Shown one piece after another: positions 21,329-30,097 of a DNA stretch of 34,265 nucleotides. Source of the stretch: Nanobdellota archaeon (GTDB taxonomy: Archaea > Aenigmatarchaeota > Aenigmatarchaeia > Aenigmatarchaeales > SZUA-1535); NCBI GenBank assembly GCA_015661515.1, contig DQVX01000067.1, forward strand, positions 1 to 34,265, in the 5' to 3' direction. A program made the position numbers and the translations under genes. Position 1 is the first letter of the stretch. Each line of letters begins with the position of its first letter. The notes below the pieces were generated by a model. It saw only the letters and a program-made list of their open reading frames with translations, made no database searches and was not told the origin of the DNA.

Positions 21329-21789
21329 TTGTTTTCACCTTCTTTTAAAAGCTCGTGGTCTTTTAGATATGCTAGCAGGTGCTTTTTGCTTCTAAACATA
21401 CCACCTTTTATTAAGCGGTATATTTTTCTATATACAGATCTTTCGATAACACCTTTATCACGCAAAATCTTAATAAGTTTTCTTTGTGCACGAACTTTTT
21501 TCAACCATTCAGTTTTTTCTCCTTGTCTTGCACCTTTTGCCCCTTTTCTACTTCCTGGTCCACGTCTTCTTCCTTTTTTCTTTTGAAGCATTTTTTTCTT
21601 TGCTTCAGGGTTTTTTTCTCTTTTTTCTTTAATTTTTTTGATTACACCTTTTTTAATAAGCTTTCTAACGTCTTCTCTTGTAATAGCTTTTTTTGCTTCT
21701 TCTACTTTTTCAGGATCTATCCATACTTTAGTTATACCACATTTAAGCAAATCAGCTGCCATTCTTTTTACAGTCCTTATATTTGTCAT
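21325..21789 (-). CDS. rpl19e: 50S ribosomal protein L19e (eL19)
   Basis: KRMAADLLKCG..KVWIDP, AITREDVR and GRRRGPGSRKG. Start at 21789, with 21795 as an alternative. Confidence 0.96.
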   Translation of the reverse strand: MTNIRTVKRMAADLLKCGITKVWIDPEKVEEAKKAITREDVRKLIKKGVIKKIKEKREKNPEAKKKMLQKKKGRRRGPGSRKGAKGARQGEKTEWLKKVRAQRKLIKILRDKGVIERSVYRKIYRLIKGGMFRSKKHLLAYLKDHELLKEGENK

Positions 21790-21794
21790 AACCA

Positions 21795-21956
21795 TCACAT
21801 CATTTCTGGCTTTTCTTTTGAACCTTCGATAAGCACACCAAAATGGTTAAAAAATGCATTACAACATGGACATTTAAATACCTTAGGAGTTTTTTTCCAT
21901 TCTATACCTTCTATTCCACAATAAGGGCATTTATTTTCACTTACCATTAGGAACAT
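21795..21956 (-). CDS. small Zn-ribbon protein (53 aa; 50 aa from ATG 21947), not in the ORF track
   Basis: [53 protein letters not shown]. CPxC-x15-CPxC motif; GGTGA 5 nt before ATG 21956; fills the eL32-eL19 gap exactly. Confidence 0.78.
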   Translation of the reverse strand: MFLMVSENKCPYCGIEGIEWKKTPKVFKCPCCNAFFNHFGVLIEGSKEKPEMM

Positions 21957-22350
21957 TTTCTTCACCACATTTTAGAGGGTTTAATACTCTTAATCCAAGT
22001 TCTTGAGCTTTTTTCATTATTTCTATTCTTTTCTTTTTTCCAACTTGCGAAGCTATTCTTACTGCATGTATTTTAGGATCTAAACCTTCTAGATCATTAA
22101 CATTAAATACTCGTACTTCTTTAAGTCCTGATGGGTGTAAACCTCTTACAAGAGCAGGTGAACCATAACCAGGATGTGGAAGAAAACCTTTACCTTTTTC
22201 ATGTCTTCTTAATTTCGAGTGTCTTCCTTTAGGTCTGCGCCATTTTTCTCCTAATCTTGGAAATCTAAACCAATTTTGCCTAAGGAATTCTGGCTTTTTC
22301 CTTTTCATAATTCTTCTTATCTTAAGCAATCTTTTCAACTCCTCTATCAT
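21937..22350 (-). CDS. rpl32e: 50S ribosomal protein L32e (eL32)
   Basis: [33 protein letters not shown] and RVLNP. Confidence 0.97.
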   Translation of the reverse strand: MIEELKRLLKIRRIMKRKKPEFLRQNWFRFPRLGEKWRRPKGRHSKLRRHEKGKGFLPHPGYGSPALVRGLHPSGLKEVRVFNVNDLEGLDPKIHAVRIASQVGKKKRIEIMKKAQELGLRVLNPLKCGEENVPNGK

Positions 22351-22877
22351 TCTTTACTCACCAAATAAATTCCATCTTGGAATACTCTTCTATCAAGATG
22401 TGTAACTCTTGTTGCTTGCTCTATATTAGCAGCTGTTTGCCCAACTTCTTCTTTATTTATACCTTCTACTATGATTTCTTGCCCATTAACTTTTACATTA
22501 ACATTTCCAACAATTTTAGCTATTCTAGGAACTTTTTCGCCCAAAAAGTTTTTAATTATTACTTTATCTCCTTTTACTTCCACAGTTATAGGAAAGTGAA
22601 CATAAACAGCTTTAAGCTTATATTTGTAACCTTGAGTAACACCTTTTATCATATTCCTTATATGTGCAGCTATTGTACCTACCATAGCTTTTATTTTTCT
22701 TCTATCAATTGAACTTTTTACAATAACATTTTTTTCTTGAATTTTTATTTCTATATAATCTCTATAAAGCGGTGAGCTAAAATCTCTTTCAAGCTCACCT
22801 TTTGGACCTTTAACTTTAACTTTAAGCCCTTCTACTTCAATTTCAACATTTTCTGGAATTTTTACTTTTTTCTCCAT
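22347..22877 (-). CDS. rpl6: 50S ribosomal protein L6 (uL6)
   Basis: [26 protein letters not shown] and [10 protein letters not shown]. Confidence 0.98.
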   Translation of the reverse strand: MEKKVKIPENVEIEVEGLKVKVKGPKGELERDFSSPLYRDYIEIKIQEKNVIVKSSIDRRKIKAMVGTIAAHIRNMIKGVTQGYKYKLKAVYVHFPITVEVKGDKVIIKNFLGEKVPRIAKIVGNVNVKVNGQEIIVEGINKEEVGQTAANIEQATRVTHLDRRVFQDGIYLVSKE

Positions 22878-22887
22878 TTAAATCACC

Positions 22888-23274
22888 TTAATAAACATAT
22901 ACCAAAAGTTTTCCTCCTATTCCTTTTTTCTTTGCTTCTTCGTGAGACATAACACCTTGAGAAGTTGTAACTATAAGTATCCCAAGTCCTGCAGCAGGTA
23001 AATATCTTCGCTCATATTTTTCAAATTCATCTTTTTTAACAGAAAATCTAGGTCTTATAGCACCACATTTATTTATTCTCCCTAAAAGCTCTATTTTTAT
23101 TTTTCCTCCTCTCCCATCTTCTATATATTCAAAATCTCCTATGTAATTATATCTTTGCATGACTTTAAGAATATTTTTTATCAAATTTGATGCTTTAACA
23201 ATTACAAAAGGTTTTCCTACTCTTTCAGCATTTGTTATTGCTGAAGCAAAATCCGAAACTAAGTCATGCTGCAT
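22888..23274 (-). CDS. rps8: 30S ribosomal protein S8 (uS8)
   Basis: NAERVGK, YIGDFE...[16 protein letters not shown] and TTSQGVMSH...GGKL. Confidence 0.98.
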   Translation of the reverse strand: MQHDLVSDFASAITNAERVGKPFVIVKASNLIKNILKVMQRYNYIGDFEYIEDGRGGKIKIELLGRINKCGAIRPRFSVKKDEFEKYERRYLPAAGLGILIVTTSQGVMSHEEAKKKGIGGKLLVYVY

Positions 23275-23286
23275 AATTAACACCTT

Positions 23287-23475
23287 TTAGGAATATTTTT
23301 TAAAACCTATTTTTTTGGCAATTTCTCTAAAGCATTGTCTACAATACATTAGCCCATATTTTTTTATTATACCACCATATCTTCCACATCTTCTACACAT
23401 ATATAAAGCTTTTCCAGTTGTTCTTTTCTTAGGTGTTCCACCTAAAAACTGTTTCATTCTCTCTATTCTACTCAT
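23287..23475 (-). CDS. rps14: 30S ribosomal protein S14 (uS14, Zn-binding type)
   Basis: CRRCG...KYGL..CRQCFRE.A..IGFKKY. Confidence 0.97.
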   Translation of the reverse strand: MSRIERMKQFLGGTPKKRTTGKALYMCRRCGRYGGIIKKYGLMYCRQCFREIAKKIGFKKYS

Positions 23476-23975
23476 ACTATCTCAACCCCGAATGTTTTTT
23501 TAACCCATTCTATGGCTTCATGTTTTTTAATTATATGCTTTTTACCAATTTTTCTTTTAAGCTTTTTACGTTTTACTCTATAGCCAGGTCTTTCAAGAGT
23601 TACACAAACATCCATACCTAAAATTCCTATTTCAGGATCAAATTTTACTCCAGGAATATCTATATATTCTTTAATACCGAATGAGAAATTTCCAAATTCA
23701 TCAAAACATGAAGCTGGAAGTTTGTTATCTATAGCCTTTAAAGCTTTTTTAAGAAATTCATAAGCTTTTTCTTTTCTTAATGTAACTTTTGCTCCTATAG
23801 GTCTATTTCTTGCCATCCCAAATGTAGTTCTTTTATGAGTTTTTGTAATTATAGGTTTTTGATTAGTAAGTTTTTCAAGAAGTTTTAAAGCTCTTTCAAG
23901 TTTTTCTCCTCCTCCACCACAACCTATATTAAGCGTGACTTTTTCTATTCTTATTTCTCTCATCGGGTTCTGCAT
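23472..23975 (-). CDS. rpl5: 50S ribosomal protein L5 (uL5)
   Basis: [27 protein letters not shown] and GMDV...RPGYRV. Confidence 0.98.
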   Translation of the reverse strand: MQNPMREIRIEKVTLNIGCGGGGEKLERALKLLEKLTNQKPIITKTHKRTTFGMARNRPIGAKVTLRKEKAYEFLKKALKAIDNKLPASCFDEFGNFSFGIKEYIDIPGVKFDPEIGILGMDVCVTLERPGYRVKRKKLKRKIGKKHIIKKHEAIEWVKKTFGVEIV

Positions 23976-23979
23976 AGTT

Positions 23980-24651
23980 TCACACCTTTATTAATGGTTT
24001 ATCTTCACCTACAACTATTATGTTTTTGAAAGGAGCCCAAAAGCTTTCTTCTCCTTCTATGAATACTCTATTAAGCTTCCATCCCCTTTCTATTTTTACA
24101 ATTTTTCCCATTTTTCCAGCATTTTTACCTGCAAAAATAAAGCATAGTACACCTTCTTTAAAAGGAATGTGCTTAACTATTTTTTGAGAAGGGACTTCAA
24201 TTAAAAGGGAATCTTGAGTATTATATGTATTTTCTCCTAAAATATTTCTTCCATCATGAAGATTAAACTGTATTCTACCACCCTTTACAGCTCTTTTACC
24301 TATTATTTTACAAATCTTTAACCTTTTTTCGCTTTCATCTATTTCTACAGGAAGTAGTTTTTTACCTCTTGGTAATATCCTATATGCTTTGTTCATTTTC
24401 GGAATTTCTACAACATCAAAAACACCAACTCCAAATTTATGATCCTTTATTACTCTACCATCAACAAGAATTTCACCTTTTTTAATAATTTTTTTAACCT
24501 CTTTATAAGTTTCTGCAAAGCCTAAATAATCTCTAATAAGCACAGCAAGAGCTATTGATCTTTCTAAAGGATGTGGTCCACGTGGAGCTACTGTATATTT
24601 GGCTTTTTTCTTTTCTTTTGCTAAAGGATGTGCCAATCTTTTTAATATCAT
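23980..24651 (-). CDS. rps4e: 30S ribosomal protein S4e (eS4)
   Basis: LKRLA, GPH, VDG...VGVFDV, KICKI and LHDGRN. Confidence 0.96.
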   Translation of the reverse strand: MILKRLAHPLAKEKKKAKYTVAPRGPHPLERSIALAVLIRDYLGFAETYKEVKKIIKKGEILVDGRVIKDHKFGVGVFDVVEIPKMNKAYRILPRGKKLLPVEIDESEKRLKICKIIGKRAVKGGRIQFNLHDGRNILGENTYNTQDSLLIEVPSQKIVKHIPFKEGVLCFIFAGKNAGKMGKIVKIERGWKLNRVFIEGEESFWAPFKNIIVVGEDKPLIKV

Positions 24652-25031
24652 TCACTTCCACCTTTTCCCGCTCTTTCAATAATTTTAAGGCGCATTTTAT
24701 CGCTCATATCAGCTTTTATAATCATAAGGTTTGAAGGGTGAATAGGAACTTTTACTTCTTCTCCAGTTGATTTTTTTCTTGTAATTCCTTCTATATATAC
24801 TCTAAGCTTTTTTAAATCAACTTTTACAACTTTTCCTATCCTTCCCTTAAATTCGCCTCTGAGTATTTTAACTTCATCACCTTTTCTTACAGGTAAAGAC
24901 CTTCTTCCGAATTTTTCTCTCAACTCTTTGCTCAAATGAGCACTCATAAGTTTTTGCCTTTTATGGAGTGGGGCTTCATACAAAGCCTTTCTTTGTTTTC
25001 TTGGTTGTTTTGAATGTGTTTTGTTAGTCAT
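24648..25031 (-). CDS. rpl24: 50S ribosomal protein L24 (uL24)
   Basis: [24 protein letters not shown] and IHPSN. Confidence 0.98.
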   Translation of the reverse strand: MTNKTHSKQPRKQRKALYEAPLHKRQKLMSAHLSKELREKFGRRSLPVRKGDEVKILRGEFKGRIGKVVKVDLKKLRVYIEGITRKKSTGEEVKVPIHPSNLMIIKADMSDKMRLKIIERAGKGGSE

Positions 25032-25032
25032 A

Positions 25033-25431
25033 TTACACCACGATTGAAGCTATTTTTCCTATAGCAGGAAATCTTTCTACAGCTTCTTTAGCAACAGGGC
25101 CTTTTATTTCACTTCCTCTTGGTTCATTTTTTTCATTAATCAATACAGCAGCATTATCTTCAAATTTTATTCTCATTCCATCAGGTCTGCGATATTCTTT
25201 TTTCTGTCTTATTATAACAGCCATAACTACTTGTTTTCTTATTTTTGGATCTCCTTTTTTTACTGAACAGAAAACTATATCTCCAACTCCTGCTTTTGGA
25301 TATCTTCTTCTAACACCTTTATACCCACGTACAGCTATTATTTGCAAAACTTTTGCTCCTGTATTGTCTGCACATTTAAGATATGTGCCAACATTAAGGG
25401 CTTTTGTTACTTTAGAGCCTATACCCTTCAT
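25033..25431 (-). CDS. rpl14: 50S ribosomal protein L14 (uL14)
   Basis: [22 protein letters not shown] and IKGPVAKEA. Confidence 0.98.
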   Translation of the reverse strand: MKGIGSKVTKALNVGTYLKCADNTGAKVLQIIAVRGYKGVRRRYPKAGVGDIVFCSVKKGDPKIRKQVVMAVIIRQKKEYRRPDGMRIKFEDNAAVLINEKNEPRGSEIKGPVAKEAVERFPAIGKIASIVV

Positions 25432-25763
25432 TTTTCACCCCTTTTAAGCACTTCTATTACAACAAATGATTTTGTTTTTGATAACGGTCTACATTCCATA
25501 ATTTTTACTATATCTCCTTCTTTAGCATTAATACATTCAGGATTATAAGCAGCAACTTTTGTTTTTCTTCTTTCATATCTTTCATATTTTGGGACATAAT
25601 GAACATAATCCCATTGGACTATAGCTGTTTTATGAGCTTTTGCAGAGACAACTTTACCTACAAACATTCTTCCTCTTACAGGTAAAGTTCCGTGCCATGG
25701 ACATTTTGGGTCAGAGCATTCTTTTTCAGGAGGCTTTGCAGGTACACCAATATTTCTTACCAT
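25428..25763 (-). CDS. rps17: 30S ribosomal protein S17 (uS17)
   Basis: RNIG...[18 protein letters not shown] and ECRPLSKTK. Confidence 0.98.
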   Translation of the reverse strand: MVRNIGVPAKPPEKECSDPKCPWHGTLPVRGRMFVGKVVSAKAHKTAIVQWDYVHYVPKYERYERRKTKVAAYNPECINAKEGDIVKIMECRPLSKTKSFVVIEVLKRGEK

Positions 25764-26047
25764 TTTCTCACCTTCTTTTTTATTCTTTCTTCAGGCCGTG
25801 CAAGTATAGCATTTCCATCTACTAGCACTTTTTTTCCATCAGGTAATATAAACATAAAGATTGTATCTTTTTTTGGAATTTTTTTAATTTTACTCTTTTC
25901 ATCTTCTATCCATAGCATATTTTTTGTTTCATTCACTACAAGCCCTTTTATCCCTTCATTAAGTTTATTTTTAGCTTGTTTCACCTCTACTTTTAAACCT
26001 ATAAGTTCATGTTGTAATATGTTTTTTGGTGTAATTTTAATTTTCAT
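25757..26047 (-). CDS. rnp1: RNase P protein subunit Rpp29 (component 1)
   Basis: [25 protein letters not shown] and RPEER; canonical position before S17. Confidence 0.95.
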   Translation of the reverse strand: MKIKITPKNILQHELIGLKVEVKQAKNKLNEGIKGLVVNETKNMLWIEDEKSKIKKIPKKDTIFMFILPDGKKVLVDGNAILARPEERIKKKVRKW

Positions 26048-26352
26048 TAAACTATCACTTCTATTTGTTCTTCATTAAATCCAAATTCTACAAGTAATTT
26101 TTTAACTTTTTCTCTATGATCTCCTTGTAATTCAAGTCTATCATTTTTATATGTTCCTCCACATGCAAGTTTTTTCTTAAGCTTTCTTAATAGTTCTTCA
26201 GGATTCATATCTTTGGAAATCCCTTCTATTATTGTTACATTTTTTCTATAACGCTTTTTTTCAAGATATATTTTAATTTTTGCAGATTCTTTTTCTATTG
26301 CTTCACATACACAGAGCTCTTTTGGCAAACCACATTTTTTACAAACTTCTAT
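26047..26352 (-). CDS. translation initiation factor aIF1 (SUI1), predicted non-AUG (AUA) start
   Basis: KKKLACGGT and ELQGDHR SUI1 motifs. The N-terminal Cys knuckle EVCKKCGLPKELCVCE extends upstream of the track's TTG. There is no in-frame ATG or GTG; ATA at 26352 lies 6 nt after GGAGGTGA. Identity is secure, the start codon is inferred. Confidence 0.9.
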   Translation of the reverse strand: MEVCKKCGLPKELCVCEAIEKESAKIKIYLEKKRYRKNVTIIEGISKDMNPEELLRKLKKKLACGGTYKNDRLELQGDHREKVKKLLVEFGFNEEQIEVIV

Positions 26353-26357
26353 TTCAT
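26349..26357 (-). promoter_or_regulatory. out-of-frame mini-ORF AUG-AAA-UAG overlapping the aIF1 start
   Basis: Minus-strand reading GGAGGTGA-A-ATG-AAA-TAG-AAGTTTGT. Confidence 0.5.
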
Positions 26358-26358
26358 T

Positions 26359-26559
26359 TCACCTCCCTTTACGAAGATTTAATTCAGTAAGTATTCTTGC
26401 TATACATCTTCTAAGTTCTCTTATTCTTCCAGGATTTGTAACCGCTCCTACTACACGTTGAGCATTTAGTTTCATTAATTCAAGCCTAAATTCATTTAAT
26501 TTTTTCTTTAACTCTTCTTCACTCATTTTCTTTATTTCTTTTTTTCTTATTATCGCCAT
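26359..26559 (-). CDS. rpl29: 50S ribosomal protein L29 (uL29)
   Basis: MAII...EIKKMS.EEL..KL...EL and NPGRIRELRRCIARILT. Confidence 0.97.
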   Translation of the reverse strand: MAIIRKKEIKKMSEEELKKKLNEFRLELMKLNAQRVVGAVTNPGRIRELRRCIARILTELNLRKGR

Positions 26560-26565
26560 TTTAAT

Positions 26566-27009
26566 TCACCAATTTTTTGAATTTTCTATTATTTCAACAC
26601 TTCCTCCTGCAGCTTCTATTTTTTCTCTTGCTCTTTCTGTAACGTATATTGCTTTAATTTTAAGTGGTTTCGTTATAGTTCCACTAGAAATAACTTTTTT
26701 GTATCCAAGTTCTAACAAATTTATTTCTTCTTTTCCAAGTTTTGAAGCGAGAATATCAAGTTCTCTTAAAGTTATTACCTTTTCTCTTTCTCTCTTTCTT
26801 TTGATTGTTGGATACATTCCACGTTTAAAGCCTATTTTACCGAAATGTTGAGGATCTTGCATTAAAACCATTTGTCTTTTATGATCTTTACTACCAGCAA
26901 AACCTTTTCCTCCTCTACTACCTTTTCCACGGTGTTTTTTCTTTGAACCAAATCCATGAGTTTTACTTCCTCTAAGTTTTCTTACTTTTTTTCTTCTTCT
27001 CACAACCAT
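26566..27009 (-). CDS. rpl15: 50S ribosomal protein L15 (uL15)
   Basis: KVRKLRGSKTHGFG.KKKHRG.GSRGG.G.AG, FGKIGF and A.EKIEAAGG. Confidence 0.97.
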   Translation of the reverse strand: MVVRRRKKVRKLRGSKTHGFGSKKKHRGKGSRGGKGFAGSKDHKRQMVLMQDPQHFGKIGFKRGMYPTIKRKREREKVITLRELDILASKLGKEEINLLELGYKKVISSGTITKPLKIKAIYVTERAREKIEAAGGSVEIIENSKNW

Positions 27010-27065
27010 GGGTTAGTTTATTAAAATCAAAGGTTTAAATATTTATCCCAACCCTCAAATACTTT

Positions 27066-27326
27066 ATGGCTTTAACAATTTTAATTTTAAGAATTTTAGG
27101 AATACTAGATATAATTGCAGGATTTTTGATAATTTTAGCTCATCCTATAGGAACTTGGTATTTAATTTTCAAAGGCTTTATCTTTATACTTTCTTCCAAA
27201 GGCACGTGTATTCTTTCTTGGGCAGATTTTTTATTCGGAATTTTAGCTTTATTTTTCTTTTCTCAATATATAGCTTTTATAATATTCTTTTATTTAATTG
27301 TAAAAGGAGTATTTTCATTAATTTAA
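27066..27326 (+). CDS. hypothetical small membrane protein with internal two-fold repeat
   Basis: 86-aa hydrophobic ORF; D-x3-G...YLIxKG occurs twice; TTTAAATA upstream. Confidence 0.7.
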   Translation: MALTILILRILGILDIIAGFLIILAHPIGTWYLIFKGFIFILSSKGTCILSWADFLFGILALFFFSQYIAFIIFFYLIVKGVFSLI

Positions 27327-28513
27327 AAAAGATGTTTAGCAAGCTTTATCAATCCAGGCCTTTTTAGTAAAATTTTAGCAAGCTTTATCAAATTTTTGCC
27401 ATGAGTAAAGTCTATTAAATCTTTTCCTGTAAGATGCTCTGCTAAAAAGTTTAAATCTTCATCACTTAGCTTTTCTATAACTTCCCTTAATTTTTGTACT
27501 TTTTCAAGCTCTTTACCTCTTTGTTCCCACCATATCTTATTATATTTCGAAAGCATTTTTGAAGAAGTATCATTTTTTTCAATAGCTTCTGCTATAACTT
27601 CAGCGGCAATTTTTCCTGCAATTTGCGCTTCTTTCACTCCACCTCCATGTATTGGGTTAACTTGATGTGCAGCATCACCTACAACAACTAAACCGTCCAA
27701 AACCATGTTTTTCAAAAAACCTCCAACAGGAATACCACCTGCGTTTATTTCTATTATACTACCATTTTTAAGATTTTCATTATTTTCAACAAATTCATAA
27801 AGATATTCTCTTGCAGATTTTTCGGCAAAACTTCCACAAATACCTATGCCGACATTTGCTTTATCTTTACCCTTAGGAAATATCCATATATATCCACGAG
27901 GAGCTATTTTATTTCCAAAATAAAAAACTATTTTATGTGGGTCTTCAAGCTCTATTCCTACCATTTCAAACTGATACCCAGAATCTATATTAATAAGAAG
28001 ATTTGTTGTATTTAATCCTGCTTTTCTTGCAATTGTAGATTCAACTCCATCAGCAGCAACAACAACTTTACTTTCAACTTTATATTTTTTCCCTTCCCAT
28101 TCTACTACAACACCTTTAATAAAATTACTTGATTTAATAACATCTTTAACATTTGCTCTTACTATTATTTTAGCACCTTTTCTTGCAGCTTCTTCAGCAA
28201 GCCATTTATCATAAACCTTTCTTTCAAGAACATAGCCAACAGTTTCTTTATACTTTATTTCAATACTTTTACCATTAGGAGCATATACAATTGCACCATT
28301 TATAGTTTGAGCTATACATTTCTTTGGTATTTTTTGTCCAAGAAGTTTTACAGCATTTTCAGAAAGACCTTCTGCACATCTTTTTGGTGCACCTATTTCT
28401 TGTCTTTTTTCAAAAACAACAACGTTTATTCCTTTTTCTGCAAGATATTTTGCTGTACTTGTTCCTCCTGGCCCTGCCCCTACAACAATTACATCATATT
28501 TTTCTGCTATCAT
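27323..28513 (-). CDS. geranylgeranyl reductase family, probable digeranylgeranylglycerophospholipid reductase
   Basis: YDVIVVGAGPGG, EKRQEIGAPKRCAE, AADGVES, APRGYIWIFPKG and VGDAAHQVNPIHGGG. ATG 28513 overlaps the ferredoxin stop (ATGA). Confidence 0.93.
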   Translation of the reverse strand: MIAEKYDVIVVGAGPGGTSTAKYLAEKGINVVVFEKRQEIGAPKRCAEGLSENAVKLLGQKIPKKCIAQTINGAIVYAPNGKSIEIKYKETVGYVLERKVYDKWLAEEAARKGAKIIVRANVKDVIKSSNFIKGVVVEWEGKKYKVESKVVVAADGVESTIARKAGLNTTNLLINIDSGYQFEMVGIELEDPHKIVFYFGNKIAPRGYIWIFPKGKDKANVGIGICGSFAEKSAREYLYEFVENNENLKNGSIIEINAGGIPVGGFLKNMVLDGLVVVGDAAHQVNPIHGGGVKEAQIAGKIAAEVIAEAIEKNDTSSKMLSKYNKIWWEQRGKELEKVQKLREVIEKLSDEDLNFLAEHLTGKDLIDFTHGKNLIKLAKILLKRPGLIKLAKHLF

Positions 28514-28689
28514 TTTTTCTCTACCCTTATAGCTCCTGAAGGACAAACTTTTTCACATATTCCACAAAGCACACATTTTTCATGATGGTTAATTATTCCT
28601 CTTTCTTCTAATTCTAAGGCTAAAACAGGACATACGCTTACGCAAGCCCCACATCTTAAGCAAAGATCTCTTGCTATATGCCATGACAT
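28510..28689 (-). CDS. 2[4Fe-4S] ferredoxin, 59 aa, not in the ORF track
   Basis: MSWHIARDLCLRCGACVSVCPVLALELEERGIINHHEKCVLCGICEKVCPSGAIRVEKK; two CxxCxxCxxxCP motifs. Confidence 0.95.
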   Translation of the reverse strand: MSWHIARDLCLRCGACVSVCPVLALELEERGIINHHEKCVLCGICEKVCPSGAIRVEKK

Positions 28690-28758
28690 AAAAAATACAT
28701 TTGAAAAAGTTAAATTTAAATATATTTTTGCTGTTGTATTTTAAGGAAGGTGAAAGGC

Positions 28759-28905
28759 ATGGACGAAGATGATTCGGCGAGGAGAAATGTCTGTACACAT
28801 AATAGCAGACTTTTTTGGAGTAAAAGCAGAGCTTATAAAATATGCGGAAAAAATGAAATTGTTACTCGACCCTATAGTTTTCAAAGCTGGTTTAACAATT
28901 CTTGA
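28759..28905 (+). other. 48-codon uORF with a strong SD, overlapping the speD-like gene out of frame
   Basis: AAGGAAGGTGA-AAGGC-ATG(28759) encodes MDEDDSARRNVCTHNSRLFW...FNNS, with TGA at 28903-28905. Confidence 0.45.
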
Positions 28906-29149
28906 TTCAAAATATCATCAATTCAAACCTTTTGGTGTTTCTTGCATATATCTTCTAGCAGAATCTCATGTTTCTGTTCATACATGGCCAGAAGTTGGGT
29001 ATATGGCAATTGATATATTTACCTGTGGTGATGAAGAAAAAGCATTTAAATGTTTTGAATTATTACAAAAGACATTTAACCCAAAAAAAGTTAAAAAACA
29101 AGTGATTTTAAGAAATTATTATAAAAATCTCCCTAAGCAAGAAGTGTAA
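28787..29149 (+). CDS. speD: pyruvoyl-dependent decarboxylase proenzyme, SpeD/SpeH (AdoMetDC) fold; start uncertain (28769 or 28787)
   Basis: HIIAD, HQF.P.GVS, LAE^SH.SVHTWPE and DIFTCG. The substrate (SAM, Arg or Orn) cannot be determined by eye. Confidence 0.85.
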   Translation: MSVHIIADFFGVKAELIKYAEKMKLLLDPIVFKAGLTILDSKYHQFKPFGVSCIYLLAESHVSVHTWPEVGYMAIDIFTCGDEEKAFKCFELLQKTFNPKKVKKQVILRNYYKNLPKQEV

Positions 29150-30031
29150 TTAATTTCTTAAAAGTTTTATAAAATCTTTTTTGGTTTTTACTTCTTCTAA
29201 ATCTTTCTTAGAAATTATTGGTATTTTACATTCTTTTCTATAATCTTCTGTTATTACAGCACCGCTTAATCCTAAGAATTCAACAAATTCAGCAAATTTT
29301 TTGTATCTATAGCTTATTTTTCTTTTATCTTGCTCTATATCTGAAATTATTATTTCTTTTTCTTTTGCAGAAACATCAAATGGAGCATGATATGTGAAAT
29401 ATGTTTCAAATCCTATTTCATTTAGCTTTTTAGCAACAAATTTTTCTAAGCTATCCTTTGCCTTGCCTTTAAATTCATATTTTCTGAAAACATGCGCTTT
29501 ACCACTTACTTTTTTTCCAAGAACTTTTTCTATTTTTTTAACAATTTTTATACTTGCTTTTAGTCTGAATTTTTCATGCATATAAATTGTTTTTGATGAA
29601 ACACCAACAAGATTTGCAAGTTGTTTTTGAGATAATTTATTTTCTATTCTTGCTTTTCTCAAAGCTACAGGATCTATTTCAACATATACTCCTCCTTTTT
29701 GTCTATAAAATTCTGGAAATTCTTTATCCAATATCATTCTAAAAGTTTCAATACACATAGCTGGAATTTGAAATCTTTCATAAATAACTCCAGGCACAAG
29801 TTTTTCATAATTTGTATTGTTACCTATTAAAAATGGATAAGCATCCAAAGCAGATGAAATAGATTGAAGAGAAAGAGCATGCTGCAAAACAAAACTATCA
29901 ATATTTTTTAGAATTTTGATTAACAAAAGTTCATCTTTTTTTCCAGCTATGTCAAAACATCCAGTAGATTCATAAACTTCATAATCTCTTTCTATTAACA
30001 AATTTTTTACAGCTTCTTTAATTTCACGCAT
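29150..30031 (-). CDS. putative HTH (Xre/Cro) transcriptional regulator, COG1395-type
   Basis: CFDIAG...LLIKILKNIDS, GVIYERF.IP, GGVYVEID...LRKAR...LSQKQLA..VGVS.KTIY.HE and APFD. Confidence 0.88.
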   Translation of the reverse strand: MREIKEAVKNLLIERDYEVYESTGCFDIAGKKDELLLIKILKNIDSFVLQHALSLQSISSALDAYPFLIGNNTNYEKLVPGVIYERFQIPAMCIETFRMILDKEFPEFYRQKGGVYVEIDPVALRKARIENKLSQKQLANLVGVSSKTIYMHEKFRLKASIKIVKKIEKVLGKKVSGKAHVFRKYEFKGKAKDSLEKFVAKKLNEIGFETYFTYHAPFDVSAKEKEIIISDIEQDKRKISYRYKKFAEFVEFLGLSGAVITEDYRKECKIPIISKKDLEEVKTKKDFIKLLRN

Positions 30032-30097
30032 AAAATATTTTTAAACCGTGCAAAACTTAAAAATTTTTAAATTTCTAAATTTTATAATAACTTGGTT

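Noticed and set aside
28514..28546. N-terminal extension of the geranylgeranyl reductase given in the track
   Set aside because: It overlaps the ferredoxin; ATG 28513 gives a standard ATGA coupling and a family-typical N-terminus.
28589..28798. 69-aa minus-strand ORF in the track
   Set aside because: Wrong frame; the real gene here is the ferredoxin at 28510-28689.
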